NCBI GenBank assembly: GCA_026396415.1
Contig: JAPLWX010000028.1
Coordinates: forward strand, 1,922-65,921
Direction: 5' to 3'
DNA: 64,000 nucleotides
Origin: Candidatus Micrarchaeota archaeon
GTDB taxonomy: Archaea; Micrarchaeota; Micrarchaeia; Anstonellales; Anstonellaceae
Position numbers and translations under genes: made by a program
The notes under the pieces: generated by a model
The model's database searches: none
What the model saw: only the letters and a program-made list of their open reading frames with translations
Told to the model about the DNA's origin: nothing
Part shown: piece by piece, positions 18,835 to 28,166 of the stretch
Position numbering within the stretch: the first letter of the stretch is position 1
Layout of the letters: each line of letters begins with the position of its first letter

Positions 18835-19962
18835 TTAGTGCTTGTTAGCCTTGAGGTCGCTCGCCTGCTGCGGGCTTATCCTGCGCAGAACCCTTCCATT
18901 GGGTGTGATGATAGTTTTGCCTTCGGAGATTATTTGTTCTGGTTTTATGCCTGCTGATTCGCTTGTGAAAAAGGGGGTGCCAGCCGGCTTTTCCTCAATG
19001 GTAAGCTTCCGTTTGATCTTGGGCAAGAGAAAGATATTTGCAACTGCATCCGCGTGGTCTTTTTCAGCCCATATGGTTTCACGGGTGGAAATGCAATAAC
19101 CATACTCAAAGTTGCTTATTGCATTAATGAGATGGTGGGGGCTTTTGAAATAGAGACTGAAAGCCGGATGATTGGGAGGCAGATTAATTTCCATGCCAGG
19201 AACCTCAATCAGTAGCACGTTTTTTGCAAATTTCTTGATATCACGCAGCCTGCCCTGGATCTCCCCCATGGCCTCGACCAGGTTAAACCTGAGTTGAGTT
19301 GCAATATCACTGGCAAACCGGCGCTCATTTTCGTCGAGTTCTTTGTTGTATTCCCTGATCGACTCGAAGTTCATTGAAGTAAAATACTGGATTAGGATGG
19401 GTGTGTTGGCGAGTCGTTTGAACTCCGAAAGAGGGAAGAAGTCATCTGGGGCTAAGCTGTTCATTGCATGGACTTCCATCACATAGGTCGATGTTTTACC
19501 GTTGTATTTTGCAAAAATGTCGCTTATCTGCCTTACGCGCTGAAGGTAATCCCAGATGCCCAATGCGCAGCCGCAGGCTTTGTTCGAGTCGGCAAGTTCC
19601 CCTGCCGAGATTTTTTTGCGGATTGACCAACCGATTTCCATTCCATCGTCATTTTGCATCTGTTCTGTTTTCACGCCCATCCGTTCCAGCTTTTCTGCAA
19701 GCGCCCGCTGGAATGGCAAGGTGGTTGGATGCTCACTTGTATGCGGCGATAACAGCACTACTCTTGATGGCTTGGATGGCATAGTGAGGCGTCTGACGAG
19801 TGGAATATCCTTGAACACTGGTTCGCGTATTCTAAGAGTCTGGCGCAATTCAAACCCTAAACTCATGTTATAAAAAGTGTATGCAAGGGTATTTAAAGCT
19901 TTCATCAGGTAGCTCAAGCCAGGGGGCGAAGCCACCTCAAACCCCAAACTCCCCGGTCTCAA
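18835..19962 (-). CDS. hypothetical protein, element cargo (~375 aa)
   Basis: Long ORF in the lower-GC element. No confident domain assignment. Confidence 0.45.
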   Translation of the reverse strand: MRPGSLGFEVASPPGLSYLMKALNTLAYTFYNMSLGFELRQTLRIREPVFKDIPLVRRLTMPSKPSRVVLLSPHTSEHPTTLPFQRALAEKLERMGVKTEQMQNDDGMEIGWSIRKKISAGELADSNKACGCALGIWDYLQRVRQISDIFAKYNGKTSTYVMEVHAMNSLAPDDFFPLSEFKRLANTPILIQYFTSMNFESIREYNKELDENERRFASDIATQLRFNLVEAMGEIQGRLRDIKKFAKNVLLIEVPGMEINLPPNHPAFSLYFKSPHHLINAISNFEYGYCISTRETIWAEKDHADAVANIFLLPKIKRKLTIEEKPAGTPFFTSESAGIKPEQIISEGKTIITPNGRVLRRISPQQASDLKANKH

Positions 19963-20040
19963 TCCACTTCGCCTTCACGAGCTCAAAAGAAGGCTGGCTG
20001 AGAGAGAACGCCGGGAACTCTGATGCCGCTCAGCCTCTAG

Positions 20041-20094
20041 CATCATCCTTGAGTTGCTCCCCCTGCATCTTGTATCATGCACTAATCCTGCCGC
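20041..20094. repeat. att-like direct repeat (copy C)
   Basis: Identical to copy B over 48 nt. Followed by a remnant of the integrase-upstream region (ctaactctccctcgttgcgtgtct) and a TAAGCGCA iteron. Confidence 0.65.
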
Positions 20095-20228
20095 TGCATT
20101 TCACAGCCCCTCGCCTGTCCTCCGTCAAGCCCCTAACTCTCCCTCGTTGCGTGTCTGTATTAACGGGCGAAGTTTCCTTAGGCTGCCCATGTCTTCTAAA
20201 ATGCAGAAAAGATTAAGCGCAATTGCTT

Positions 20229-22031
20229 TCAGTTGAAAATCTGCCTGTTTGCCCCTATCGGCGTGCCTTTGCATCTGATATAGCTTGGGACAATCACTTC
20301 GCCATTTTTGTAAATGACGGAGTTTCTCATCCCCTCGATGCTGGCAGGGAAAAAGCCGTTTTTTAAGTTGAAAACCGCGCCGGTTATGTCCCCGGCTGCC
20401 CCGACCACTATCGTCCCGGGCGATTTTTCAGAAGTCATGTCCACAATGTTTGCCTTGCCTTTCTCATTCTTGCCGCCAAAGGAGCAGCCATAGTATATTG
20501 CGAATTTTGCGCCAGCAGTGAGTTTTCCAACGTAATACTGGTCTTTCTTTTCATTGGCATCCACCCTCGTGTCGCTTGGGCTTGCGGGATAAAACTCTGA
20601 GCCGATGATGCTTTTGCTTCCCACCCGGATGCTGCTGTCCTTTTTCCCTTCAATGGGCTTGACAGCCTTGTTGTTGGTCTCCACGTGCGTTTCGCCAAAA
20701 AGTGAGGAATTCAGCGCCATGTCGCCAGGTTCGCCATGGCCTGCATAAATCATGCCAAAGCCCCTTTTGGCAAGGTTGCCCCCTTCGTTGGCCTCCACAG
20801 CGTCCCTTATCACCCCAAATTGGGGCACAGAGCCAGCCTCGAAAACATACAGCTTGTAATGCTTTGAAAGTTCAAACAGCGTATCCTGGAGGTTCCTGAA
20901 TGTATCCGAAGCGCCCATCAAGCCCATAAGGCTTTCCGAGTTGCCGGCTCCACCCCGTGGCAGCACGACAATAAGGACATCCTTTCCGGAATTATAGGAC
21001 GGGTCCTCATAGTTCTTGATAAGCTCGTCAACCAGCCTCATGTCGCCCTGTTTCCATAGCCTGTCCGCATTTGCTATCCCGAAGTACCTATGCAGCTTGA
21101 GGAATTTGTCCAGCGTCTCAGGCTTGGTGTCAGGCAAGCCACGGTAAAGCAGATTTTCCAGGTAGCGCAGCGGCTCCTTCTCACCCTGTTCAATTATCTT
21201 GGCCAGGAAATCCGCTTCGACCTTGAGGGTTTCCAGCTTTTCCCCTATTGGCTTGTCCCGGGATAGTATCCTGAGGCTCCAGAAAGCTTCGTATGATGGA
21301 TTCTGCTCAAGCTGCGATGCCGAAAATCCGAACTTGAATATGTCCTCTATTGTTTTATTTTGCAGGTCATCCCTTCCTTCTTCATGGGCATTTCCAAGAA
21401 AGTAATCGAGCGTTTTGAGCAGGCTTAGCGCATGGCTGGGCTCGACTTTGCTGGTTCCAGCATCATACAATGCGCGCTCCTGCGCAAGGATGGAAACGTA
21501 CTTATCGAGTATTTTGGTCCTGAGGCCGGAATTCTCTGGGCGGAGGAGGAAGTCGGAATTTTCCAATTCCTCTGTGAAGAAGGTAAAATCGCCAATATCT
21601 GGGTTTTTCAGATGGCGAGCTGCGGCTGTTCCTGCAAAAACAAGTTCCTTGAAAAGAGCGATTTTTTCAGGCGCCTTCATTTTTTCAAATGCGCCCTCCT
21701 TGTTCCCCAGCCACCCGTAAAAGTCATCGCCAAGGCTGCTGACCAACAGCCCAAGCCCATCTTGTGTGTTCCGAGGGTTCTTTTGGAAAGTGAGGCCTTC
21801 GGTTGCCACGGTTGCATCGGAAAGGATAAGGAGGAAATTTTCATAGGCGGAATTGCCCATGTCACGCTTTACCCTATCCAGCACGGCGATTGCGCGTTCG
21901 TCCCCTTTTAGCACATCGCGCAGCATCCCGTCGATTTCTTCAGCCTTTTCATGAGGATCCGCCTTATCCGAAATAATCGCAGGGATGCTGTATGGAACGC
22001 CCTCCAGGCCTTGCTTGTCATTATCTGCCAT
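20229..22031 (-). CDS. hypothetical protein with C-terminal clan-CD-peptidase-like (caspase/gingipain/CHAT-like) His-Gly/Cys dyad
   Basis: About 600 aa. C-terminal blocks LIVVLPRGGAGN, MIYAGHGEPGD and AIYYGCSFGG follow the hydrophobic-x4 + HG and hydrophobic-x4 + C arrangement of clan CD proteases. The N-terminal ~400 aa are helical with unknown function. Confidence 0.45.
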   Translation of the reverse strand: MADNDKQGLEGVPYSIPAIISDKADPHEKAEEIDGMLRDVLKGDERAIAVLDRVKRDMGNSAYENFLLILSDATVATEGLTFQKNPRNTQDGLGLLVSSLGDDFYGWLGNKEGAFEKMKAPEKIALFKELVFAGTAAARHLKNPDIGDFTFFTEELENSDFLLRPENSGLRTKILDKYVSILAQERALYDAGTSKVEPSHALSLLKTLDYFLGNAHEEGRDDLQNKTIEDIFKFGFSASQLEQNPSYEAFWSLRILSRDKPIGEKLETLKVEADFLAKIIEQGEKEPLRYLENLLYRGLPDTKPETLDKFLKLHRYFGIANADRLWKQGDMRLVDELIKNYEDPSYNSGKDVLIVVLPRGGAGNSESLMGLMGASDTFRNLQDTLFELSKHYKLYVFEAGSVPQFGVIRDAVEANEGGNLAKRGFGMIYAGHGEPGDMALNSSLFGETHVETNNKAVKPIEGKKDSSIRVGSKSIIGSEFYPASPSDTRVDANEKKDQYYVGKLTAGAKFAIYYGCSFGGKNEKGKANIVDMTSEKSPGTIVVGAAGDITGAVFNLKNGFFPASIEGMRNSVIYKNGEVIVPSYIRCKGTPIGANRQIFN

Positions 22032-22212
22032 ATGCCTCCATTGCTTATTCTTCAAAAACCCTTTAAATGCACATCTTTCCAGCGCCATTTCATCATTGAA
22101 ATGGATAAGCGCACTTCTGCGGATTGAGCCTGGCGAAATCTTGCATGATACTATGGTTGCACCGCCGCCTTTTGCAGGTTTCCGGATTTTGCCAGCCGAT
22201 CGTCAGCCTCTA

Positions 22213-22246
22213 GCATCATCCTTGGGTTGCCCCTGCACTTTTTGTC
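22213..22246. repeat. att-like direct repeat (copy D, degenerate), distal boundary of element array
   Basis: cagcctctagcatcatccttgggttgcccctgcac lies immediately after the ubiA-family gene stop. Confidence 0.55.
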
Positions 22247-22250
22247 CTCT

Positions 22251-23105
22251 TTAAAGCAGGCTCGCCGCATATCCGAGCAGCCCCACGCCAAGCGCGAGGA
22301 GGGAGGATTTGCGCAGTGAGATTAGGGTGGCGCTGTCTTTCTCAGTTGCGCGCGCGGCAACGTAAGCCATTGCTGCAAAGGAGAGCGCGGTGATGATGAT
22401 TAAGCCCAGCGAGAGGATGTTTGTGCGGAGCCCAAGCGCAAAAGGCGAAAGCGACAGGGGCACGAGCGCCGCGTAGAGGAGCGCGGCAAAGAGGAGGGAA
22501 TTTTTCTTCCCGATGACAACAGGCAATGTGCGCGCGTTCCTGTGCAAGACATCGCCTTCCATGTCCTCTGCTGACTTGATGATTTCCCTGCCAAGCCCAG
22601 CCACAAATGCCACGAGCGCGATTGCCCAAATCTGCGGGTAAAGCGCGGGCGCGACCACGAGGTTCCCGAAAAGGAATGGGATTGCCATGGAGGCTGCGAT
22701 GTACATGTTTCCCACGAGCAACAGCTCCTTAAGCTTGAAGTTGTAGGCAATCGAGAGGAAGGCGAATATGATGGTGATGCAAAGCGCGGCAGGGGGAAGG
22801 GGAAGCGCGGCTGCGATGCCTATGATATAGCAAGATGCGGCTGCGATTAGAGCGTGGCTGGGCTTGATTTCACCGCTTGCAATAGGCCTGTCCCCCCTCT
22901 TGTTCGCCTTGTCGGTTTTCACGTCAAAGCAATCGTTGAGCGCAAAGCTGCCCATTTCTATGAAGACAGGCACTGCAAGGGAGCAAAGCAGCAGCGGGAG
23001 GGCAGGGAGCGCGCCTGACAGGAGCTCGCCCAGCAATACCGCCACGGCTAGCAGGAGCGCGTGCTCGATGCGGAAGAGCCGGAGATACGCGGATATTGCC
23101 TTCAT
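22251..23105 (-). CDS. UbiA-family prenyltransferase, probable digeranylgeranylglyceryl phosphate synthase
   Basis: NDCFDVKTDKAN (NDxxDxxxD) motif. Eight or nine TM segments. 284 aa, typical of archaeal DGGGPS. Confidence 0.75.
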   Translation of the reverse strand: MKAISAYLRLFRIEHALLLAVAVLLGELLSGALPALPLLLCSLAVPVFIEMGSFALNDCFDVKTDKANKRGDRPIASGEIKPSHALIAAASCYIIGIAAALPLPPAALCITIIFAFLSIAYNFKLKELLLVGNMYIAASMAIPFLFGNLVVAPALYPQIWAIALVAFVAGLGREIIKSAEDMEGDVLHRNARTLPVVIGKKNSLLFAALLYAALVPLSLSPFALGLRTNILSLGLIIITALSFAAMAYVAARATEKDSATLISLRKSSLLALGVGLLGYAASLL

Positions 23106-23263
23106 GGAAATGGTTGCGAGAGGGAGGTTTAAAAGGTGTATTTTCCATCTCTTCCACGTGAGAGGATATGGACATATTTCACATAGGTTTGCCTAGGACA
23201 TTTTTGGGCGTGAAAAATTCCGGCGGGAATTTTTCAGAAGTGGAGCCCAGAGGCTCCACTAAG

Positions 23264-24085
23264 ATGCCGAATGACGGGAAGACGGCGCGCTACGTGGTGC
23301 TCTCCTCGCCCTACGAGGGAACGGTGTCATACGGCACGGGCACGAAAAACGGGCCGCATGCCATTATCGAGGCTTCGCGCCAGGTGGAGACATATGACAT
23401 CGAGCTTGCGCGCGATTTTGAGGGGTGCGGCATTTACACCGCGGACGAGCTCGAGGTGAGCCATGCCTCGCCCGAGAAGAACTGCGGGTACGTTCAGGAG
23501 GCAGTGGAGGAAGTGCTCAAGGCGGGCAAGGTGCCCATTCTGCTTGGCGGGGAGCACTCAGTCTCGGTGGGCGCCTTCAGCGCAATTGCTGCGAGTGGGA
23601 AGGCAAAGGACGTTTCAGTGCTGCATTTGGATGCGCACGCGGACATGAGGGACGAGTACGAGGGGACGAAATTCAACCATGCCTGCGTGATGAGAAGGTG
23701 CCGCGAGAAGCTGCATGCCGTCTCTGTTGGAGTGAGGAGCTACTCGCTTGAAGAAGCGCAGGAAATTAAAAGGCAGAAGTGCGGCATTTTCGGCGTGGAG
23801 TTTAACGAGGGCGACGTGCTGAAGAAGCTTCGCAAGGATGTTTACATTTCAATTGATTTGGACGCGTTTGACCCGTCCGAATGTCCTGCTGTGGGGACGC
23901 CTGAGCCTGGCGGCTTGAGGTGGAAGCAAGTTACTTCGCTTTTGAGAAAGGTATGCGAACAGAGGCGCATAATAGGCTTTGACGTGGTGGAGCTCGCCCC
24001 GATACCAGGGCAGCATGTGTCAGACTTTTTGGCAGCAAGGCTCGTTTACAAGCTGATTTGCTACATTGAGGCGAATAGGAAGTGA
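23264..24085 (+). CDS. speB: agmatinase/ureohydrolase family protein
   Basis: GGEHS, DAHADM and SIDLDAFDP manganese-binding motifs of the arginase/agmatinase fold. An upstream in-frame ATG at 23168 is also possible. Confidence 0.8.
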   Translation: MPNDGKTARYVVLSSPYEGTVSYGTGTKNGPHAIIEASRQVETYDIELARDFEGCGIYTADELEVSHASPEKNCGYVQEAVEEVLKAGKVPILLGGEHSVSVGAFSAIAASGKAKDVSVLHLDAHADMRDEYEGTKFNHACVMRRCREKLHAVSVGVRSYSLEEAQEIKRQKCGIFGVEFNEGDVLKKLRKDVYISIDLDAFDPSECPAVGTPEPGGLRWKQVTSLLRKVCEQRRIIGFDVVELAPIPGQHVSDFLAARLVYKLICYIEANRK

Positions 24086-24090
24086 CGCGG

Positions 24091-25368
24091 ATGGCAAACG
24101 AAACGAAAACTTCGGCAATTTCAGGCTTTTACAAGCTAACACGCAGCGAAAGGATTGGCAAGGTGGCGCGGTTTTCAGCATTGACAGAGGAGCAGAAAAG
24201 GCAACTGGCATCTGACTCGCCTCTTGGCTTCGAGGTGGCGTCAAGGATGGCGGAAAACGCGCTTGGCCTTCATGCCATGCCGCTTTGCGTTGCAACGAAC
24301 TTTTTGGTGAATGGGAAGGAAGTGCTGGTGCCCATGGCAATCGAGGAGCCCTCGGTCGTCGCGGCAGCAAGCAATGGCGCGAAGCTTTGCAGGGACAGCG
24401 GCGGGTTTTTCGCGGTTGCGGACGCCCCAATCATGGTGGGGCAGGTCCAGATTGTGGGCGCCAATGACGCGCAAAAGGCGGTGCGCGAACTCAACTCGAA
24501 AAAGGCAGGGATAATCAGTGCCGCCGAGCCTTTCGCCGCGGGCATTGCGAAGTACGGGGGCGGCATAATGGGCTTTTCCGCGCGCGCGCTGCCCACGGAA
24601 AGGGGGGAAATGGCGATCGCCGAGTTTGACATCGACGTGCGCGACTCCATGGGCGCAAACACGGTGAATACCATATTGGAGGGCGTGGCGCCTAAAATTG
24701 AGGAAATATCCGGAGGGAAAGTGCGCCTCAGGATACTCTCAAATCTTGCAGTGAAGCGGCTGGTGAAGGCAAGGGCAGTCTGGAAGCGAGGCACCATCGG
24801 AGCGGACTGCGTGGAGGGCGTGCTTGACGGCTGGGCATTTGCAGACGCCGACATTTACCGCGCATGCACGCACAACAAGGGGATAATGAACGGCATTGAT
24901 GCGGTTGCAGTGGCAACCGGCAATGACTGGCGCGCCGTCGAGGCAGGGGCGCACGCATTTGCCGCTGCAGGCGGAAGGTACCGCCCGCTCACCCGCTTCA
25001 AGAAGCTTGCAAACGGGGATTTGGAAGGGGAGATTGAGCTTCCCATGGCAGTGGGCATTGTGGGAGGGGCGACCCGCTCGCTCCCCTCTGCGCAGGCTGC
25101 GCTTGCCATATTGGGGGTGAAAACCTCGCAGGAGCTTGCGTGCGTGATGGCATCAGCCGGCCTCGCGCAGAATTTTGCCGCGCTGCGCGCGCTGTCCACA
25201 GAAGGGATACAGCGCGGCCATATGGAGCTCCATGCGAAAAATCTGGCGATTGCATCAGGCGCGAGCGGAGAGGAGTCCGACAGGGTGGCTGCGCGCATGA
25301 TCGGGGAAAATGATATTTCTGCGAAAAAAGCGGCAGAGCTTTTGGAAAAGGAAAGAAGGAAAAAGTAG
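24091..25368 (+). CDS. hmgA: 3-hydroxy-3-methylglutaryl-CoA reductase (class I)
   Basis: EEPSVVAAASN, DSMGANTVN and GTIGADCV blocks. About 425 aa. Confidence 0.9.
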   Translation: MANETKTSAISGFYKLTRSERIGKVARFSALTEEQKRQLASDSPLGFEVASRMAENALGLHAMPLCVATNFLVNGKEVLVPMAIEEPSVVAAASNGAKLCRDSGGFFAVADAPIMVGQVQIVGANDAQKAVRELNSKKAGIISAAEPFAAGIAKYGGGIMGFSARALPTERGEMAIAEFDIDVRDSMGANTVNTILEGVAPKIEEISGGKVRLRILSNLAVKRLVKARAVWKRGTIGADCVEGVLDGWAFADADIYRACTHNKGIMNGIDAVAVATGNDWRAVEAGAHAFAAAGGRYRPLTRFKKLANGDLEGEIELPMAVGIVGGATRSLPSAQAALAILGVKTSQELACVMASAGLAQNFAALRALSTEGIQRGHMELHAKNLAIASGASGEESDRVAARMIGENDISAKKAAELLEKERRKK

Positions 25369-27162
25369 GTGCTTGCGATGAAATTTGATACCAGGGAAAT
25401 TGTTGCGATTCTCATTGTTTTTCTCCTGCCCCTGGGACTGGGGCAGTATGTGGCAAAGGCAACGCTTCCCGAGTATGGCGCGGCTGTGCAGATAAAGGAG
25501 GCGCTGACGGGGACAATTGGCTCGCAGCTCGAGTGCGCTGGCACGCAGGCGGAATGCATCGCCAAATCGCATGCGCTGCACATCGCAGCGGCGTCTTCGC
25601 TTGAGAAAGCGCATGCGGCGCTCCTAGGAATGCCTGCCGCATCCACGCAGGCAATCATCGGCTTCCTGCTGATTTTTTCCCCCCTGCTTTTTGCCCTCAG
25701 CTCCGTGCTGCTCTACCTTGCGTGCAGGGAGATGGCGTACAAGAAAACGGAGTCGGTGTTCGCGGTCCTTCTCTTCGCCCTTTCTTCCACGGTGGCGCTT
25801 GCCTTCCTGCCAGGAGTCTACGGGAGCGGCCAGCTCGCAGTTTTCCTTTTTGCCGCGTCATTGCTGCCGTTTGCCATGTTCGTGCACAAGCCGGACAGGA
25901 AGGCAATGCTCGCGGTGGCGGCGCTTTTGGGGTTTGGCGCAGGCTATGTGAACGCCTCATTTGCGCTTGCAGGCATTGCGATGGCAGTGGCGTTCGCATT
26001 TGCCCACCACAAGAAGAAGGAGGGGAAAAACTACCTGGCAATGCTTGGCGTGCTGGCGCTGGTTTTTGCAGCCGCGGGCTTGCTGTCCCCTGACAAATCC
26101 CTGCTTGCATTCTCTGCGGACAGCCTGTCGCAGGCTGCGGACGGCATGCCGTTCCTAATCGCTGGCGCCGCGGTCTGCCTCGGGCTTTTCTTTTTCGGCA
26201 GGCGCGATTCTGAATATTTCGCCTTGCTCGCGCTTGCGCTGGCGCTTTCCGGCTTTTCGCCCCTTGCAGCGGCCATCCTCCTGGTTTTCCCTGTTGCAGA
26301 GGGAGCCACCAAGCTCATGGAGGACGTTTCAAAAGGGGCAAAGCTTGCAGCCCTGTTTGCCTGCGCTTTTTTCATGGTATTCGGGCTTGTTTATGGGAAC
26401 CTGTCCATCTACCCCGCGCTTGGCGCGGCTTTGATGCTGGGCGTGCTTGCGCCGCTCTGCCTGCACCTTTACAGCTACAATGCGCGCGCCATTTTTTCGG
26501 TGATGGGGGCGGGGTTGCTGCTGCTCTCCGTTTTCTTTGCGCTATTCATCCAGATGCCCCCGCAAAAGCAGGGCTACCCGGATTACACCGACCCTGCGCT
26601 GGCTGCTGCGCTTTCCTACCTTTCAGGCAGCGGCGCACAGGGACTGGCAACGCTTGAGCGGGCGGATGCGCTCTCATTCTACCTTCCGGGCGTGCCGCGC
26701 GAGCCGGCTGCAAATGTCGAGGGGCTGCTGCTTTCCGGCAATGCGAGCGGGAAGCCCGGCACGTATATCCTGCTGTCCCTGCCCACGCTCGAGGCGCTTT
26801 CGCAAAAAGGCGGGTTTGAAGTCTACTACTATGCGCGGAATTACACCAACGGAGGGGCAACCTATGCGCTTTTCGTCTCGCAGGGGGGAAGGCTGATTTC
26901 CCGCGAGCTTGCAAGCGGGGGGAAATTTGCGCTCAAGGACGGCGTGGTGCTTGACAGCTATGGTAGGTATTATGCGCCGGTCCCGCTTCCGCGCATGGTG
27001 ATGCTCGACAGCTCCAAGCCGATAAGCGACAAGGCAAACAGGATGCTGCTGCTCGATGAAGGGGGCATGCCGCCGCACCTGGTGAGCATCTATTCCGGCA
27101 TGGACAGCCGCGTGGCGCTTGCAAAGGAATTTGCGGGAGTGTCGGTTTACAGGGTGAACTGA
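25369..27162 (+). CDS. polytopic membrane protein with C-terminal soluble domain (possible GT-C-fold glycosyltransferase)
   Basis: About 11 TM helices followed by a ~200-aa extracytoplasmic domain. Sits at the head of the glycosylation locus. No WWDYG motif. Confidence 0.5.
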   Translation: MLAMKFDTREIVAILIVFLLPLGLGQYVAKATLPEYGAAVQIKEALTGTIGSQLECAGTQAECIAKSHALHIAAASSLEKAHAALLGMPAASTQAIIGFLLIFSPLLFALSSVLLYLACREMAYKKTESVFAVLLFALSSTVALAFLPGVYGSGQLAVFLFAASLLPFAMFVHKPDRKAMLAVAALLGFGAGYVNASFALAGIAMAVAFAFAHHKKKEGKNYLAMLGVLALVFAAAGLLSPDKSLLAFSADSLSQAADGMPFLIAGAAVCLGLFFFGRRDSEYFALLALALALSGFSPLAAAILLVFPVAEGATKLMEDVSKGAKLAALFACAFFMVFGLVYGNLSIYPALGAALMLGVLAPLCLHLYSYNARAIFSVMGAGLLLLSVFFALFIQMPPQKQGYPDYTDPALAAALSYLSGSGAQGLATLERADALSFYLPGVPREPAANVEGLLLSGNASGKPGTYILLSLPTLEALSQKGGFEVYYYARNYTNGGATYALFVSQGGRLISRELASGGKFALKDGVVLDSYGRYYAPVPLPRMVMLDSSKPISDKANRMLLLDEGGMPPHLVSIYSGMDSRVALAKEFAGVSVYRVN

Positions 27163-28154
27163 TGGCGGACATTGCATTCCTTGCGGCGATATTGGTGACT
27201 GCGTACTGCCTCACATCGTTTGCCATGCCGGCAGTGATAAGGAAGATGAAGGCGGCCGGGATTGTCGGGCATGACGTCAACAAGCCAGGCAGGCCGGAAG
27301 TTGCGGAAATGGGCGGGCTGGGCATCGTCATGGGCGTGGTAGGCGCGCTCCTGCTTGCCATGGCAATGCACACCTTTTTCGGCTATTCGCTCAACCTCAA
27401 CGAGATAATGGCTGCGATGCTCACCATGGCGATAATAGCGCTCATCGGGATATTCGACGACCTGTTCGACATGAGGAAGGACGTGAAGACGCTCCTGCCC
27501 ATGGTTGCCGCGCTCCCGCTCGTGGCGCTGGCTGCGGCAGGAAGCACCGCTGTAACGCTTCCGTTCATAGGCCCGTTCGACTTTGGCATCTTCTACATCA
27601 TTGTGCTTATCCCCCTCGGGGTCACGGCGGCTGCAAACCTGACAAACATGCTTGCAGGCTTCAATGGCATGGAAGCCGGGATGGGCTGCGTGATGTTCGC
27701 GTGCGTGGCGCTTCTCGCAGCGGCGAACGGCTCGACCGAGATGGGGCTGATTTCCGTCGCAATGCTTGGCGCATTGCTGGCATTCATGCGCTTCAACTGG
27801 TATCCAGCCAAGGTGTTTATCGGCGACATCGGGACCCTTCTTATCGGAGGCGCGCTTGCAGCCGCTGTGATTGTGGGCAACCTGGAGTCTGCCGGCGCGA
27901 TATTGGTGATCCCTTGCCTTTTTGATTTTGCCATAAAGGCTTACCATGGGTTCCCAAGCACGGGCTGGTGGGGCGAGTGCGGCAAGGACGGAAAGCTCCG
28001 CCCGTATGAAGGCAAGGTGCGCGGGCTTTGCCAGCTTGTGATGAAGCTGTCCGGAGGCATAAGCGAGCGGGGCCTCGTGCTGCTGTTCATCGCAGCGGAA
28101 GTGTTATTTGCCTTGCTTGCGATTCTCCTGTATGGGAGGGGCATTTTCCCCTGA
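27162..28154 (+). CDS. aglH: UDP-GlcNAc:dolichyl-phosphate GlcNAc-1-phosphate transferase (GT4 MraY/WecA/GPT family)
   Basis: DDLFD and NLTNMLAGFNGMEAG motifs. Ten TM segments. Start overlaps the upstream stop (TGATG). Confidence 0.85.
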   Translation: MADIAFLAAILVTAYCLTSFAMPAVIRKMKAAGIVGHDVNKPGRPEVAEMGGLGIVMGVVGALLLAMAMHTFFGYSLNLNEIMAAMLTMAIIALIGIFDDLFDMRKDVKTLLPMVAALPLVALAAAGSTAVTLPFIGPFDFGIFYIIVLIPLGVTAAANLTNMLAGFNGMEAGMGCVMFACVALLAAANGSTEMGLISVAMLGALLAFMRFNWYPAKVFIGDIGTLLIGGALAAAVIVGNLESAGAILVIPCLFDFAIKAYHGFPSTGWWGECGKDGKLRPYEGKVRGLCQLVMKLSGGISERGLVLLFIAAEVLFALLAILLYGRGIFP

Positions 28155-28166
28155 GGCGGCGGATGA

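Larger units (their letters stand above)
13746..22246. mobile_element. tandem array of small integrative elements inserted at tRNA-Leu 3' end
   Basis: The tRNA 3' end (ccctgcaccttgtatcat) recurs as att-like direct repeats at 16292-16345, 20041-20094 and 22213-22246. Two integrase genes, repeat arrays and cargo ORFs lie between them. GC is lower than in flanking DNA. Confidence 0.7.

Noticed and set aside
24270-25658. ORFs 24270-24854 and 24855-25658 on minus strand
   Set aside because: They are antisense to HMG-CoA reductase and the downstream membrane protein, with Ala/Ser/Pro-rich low-complexity translations.
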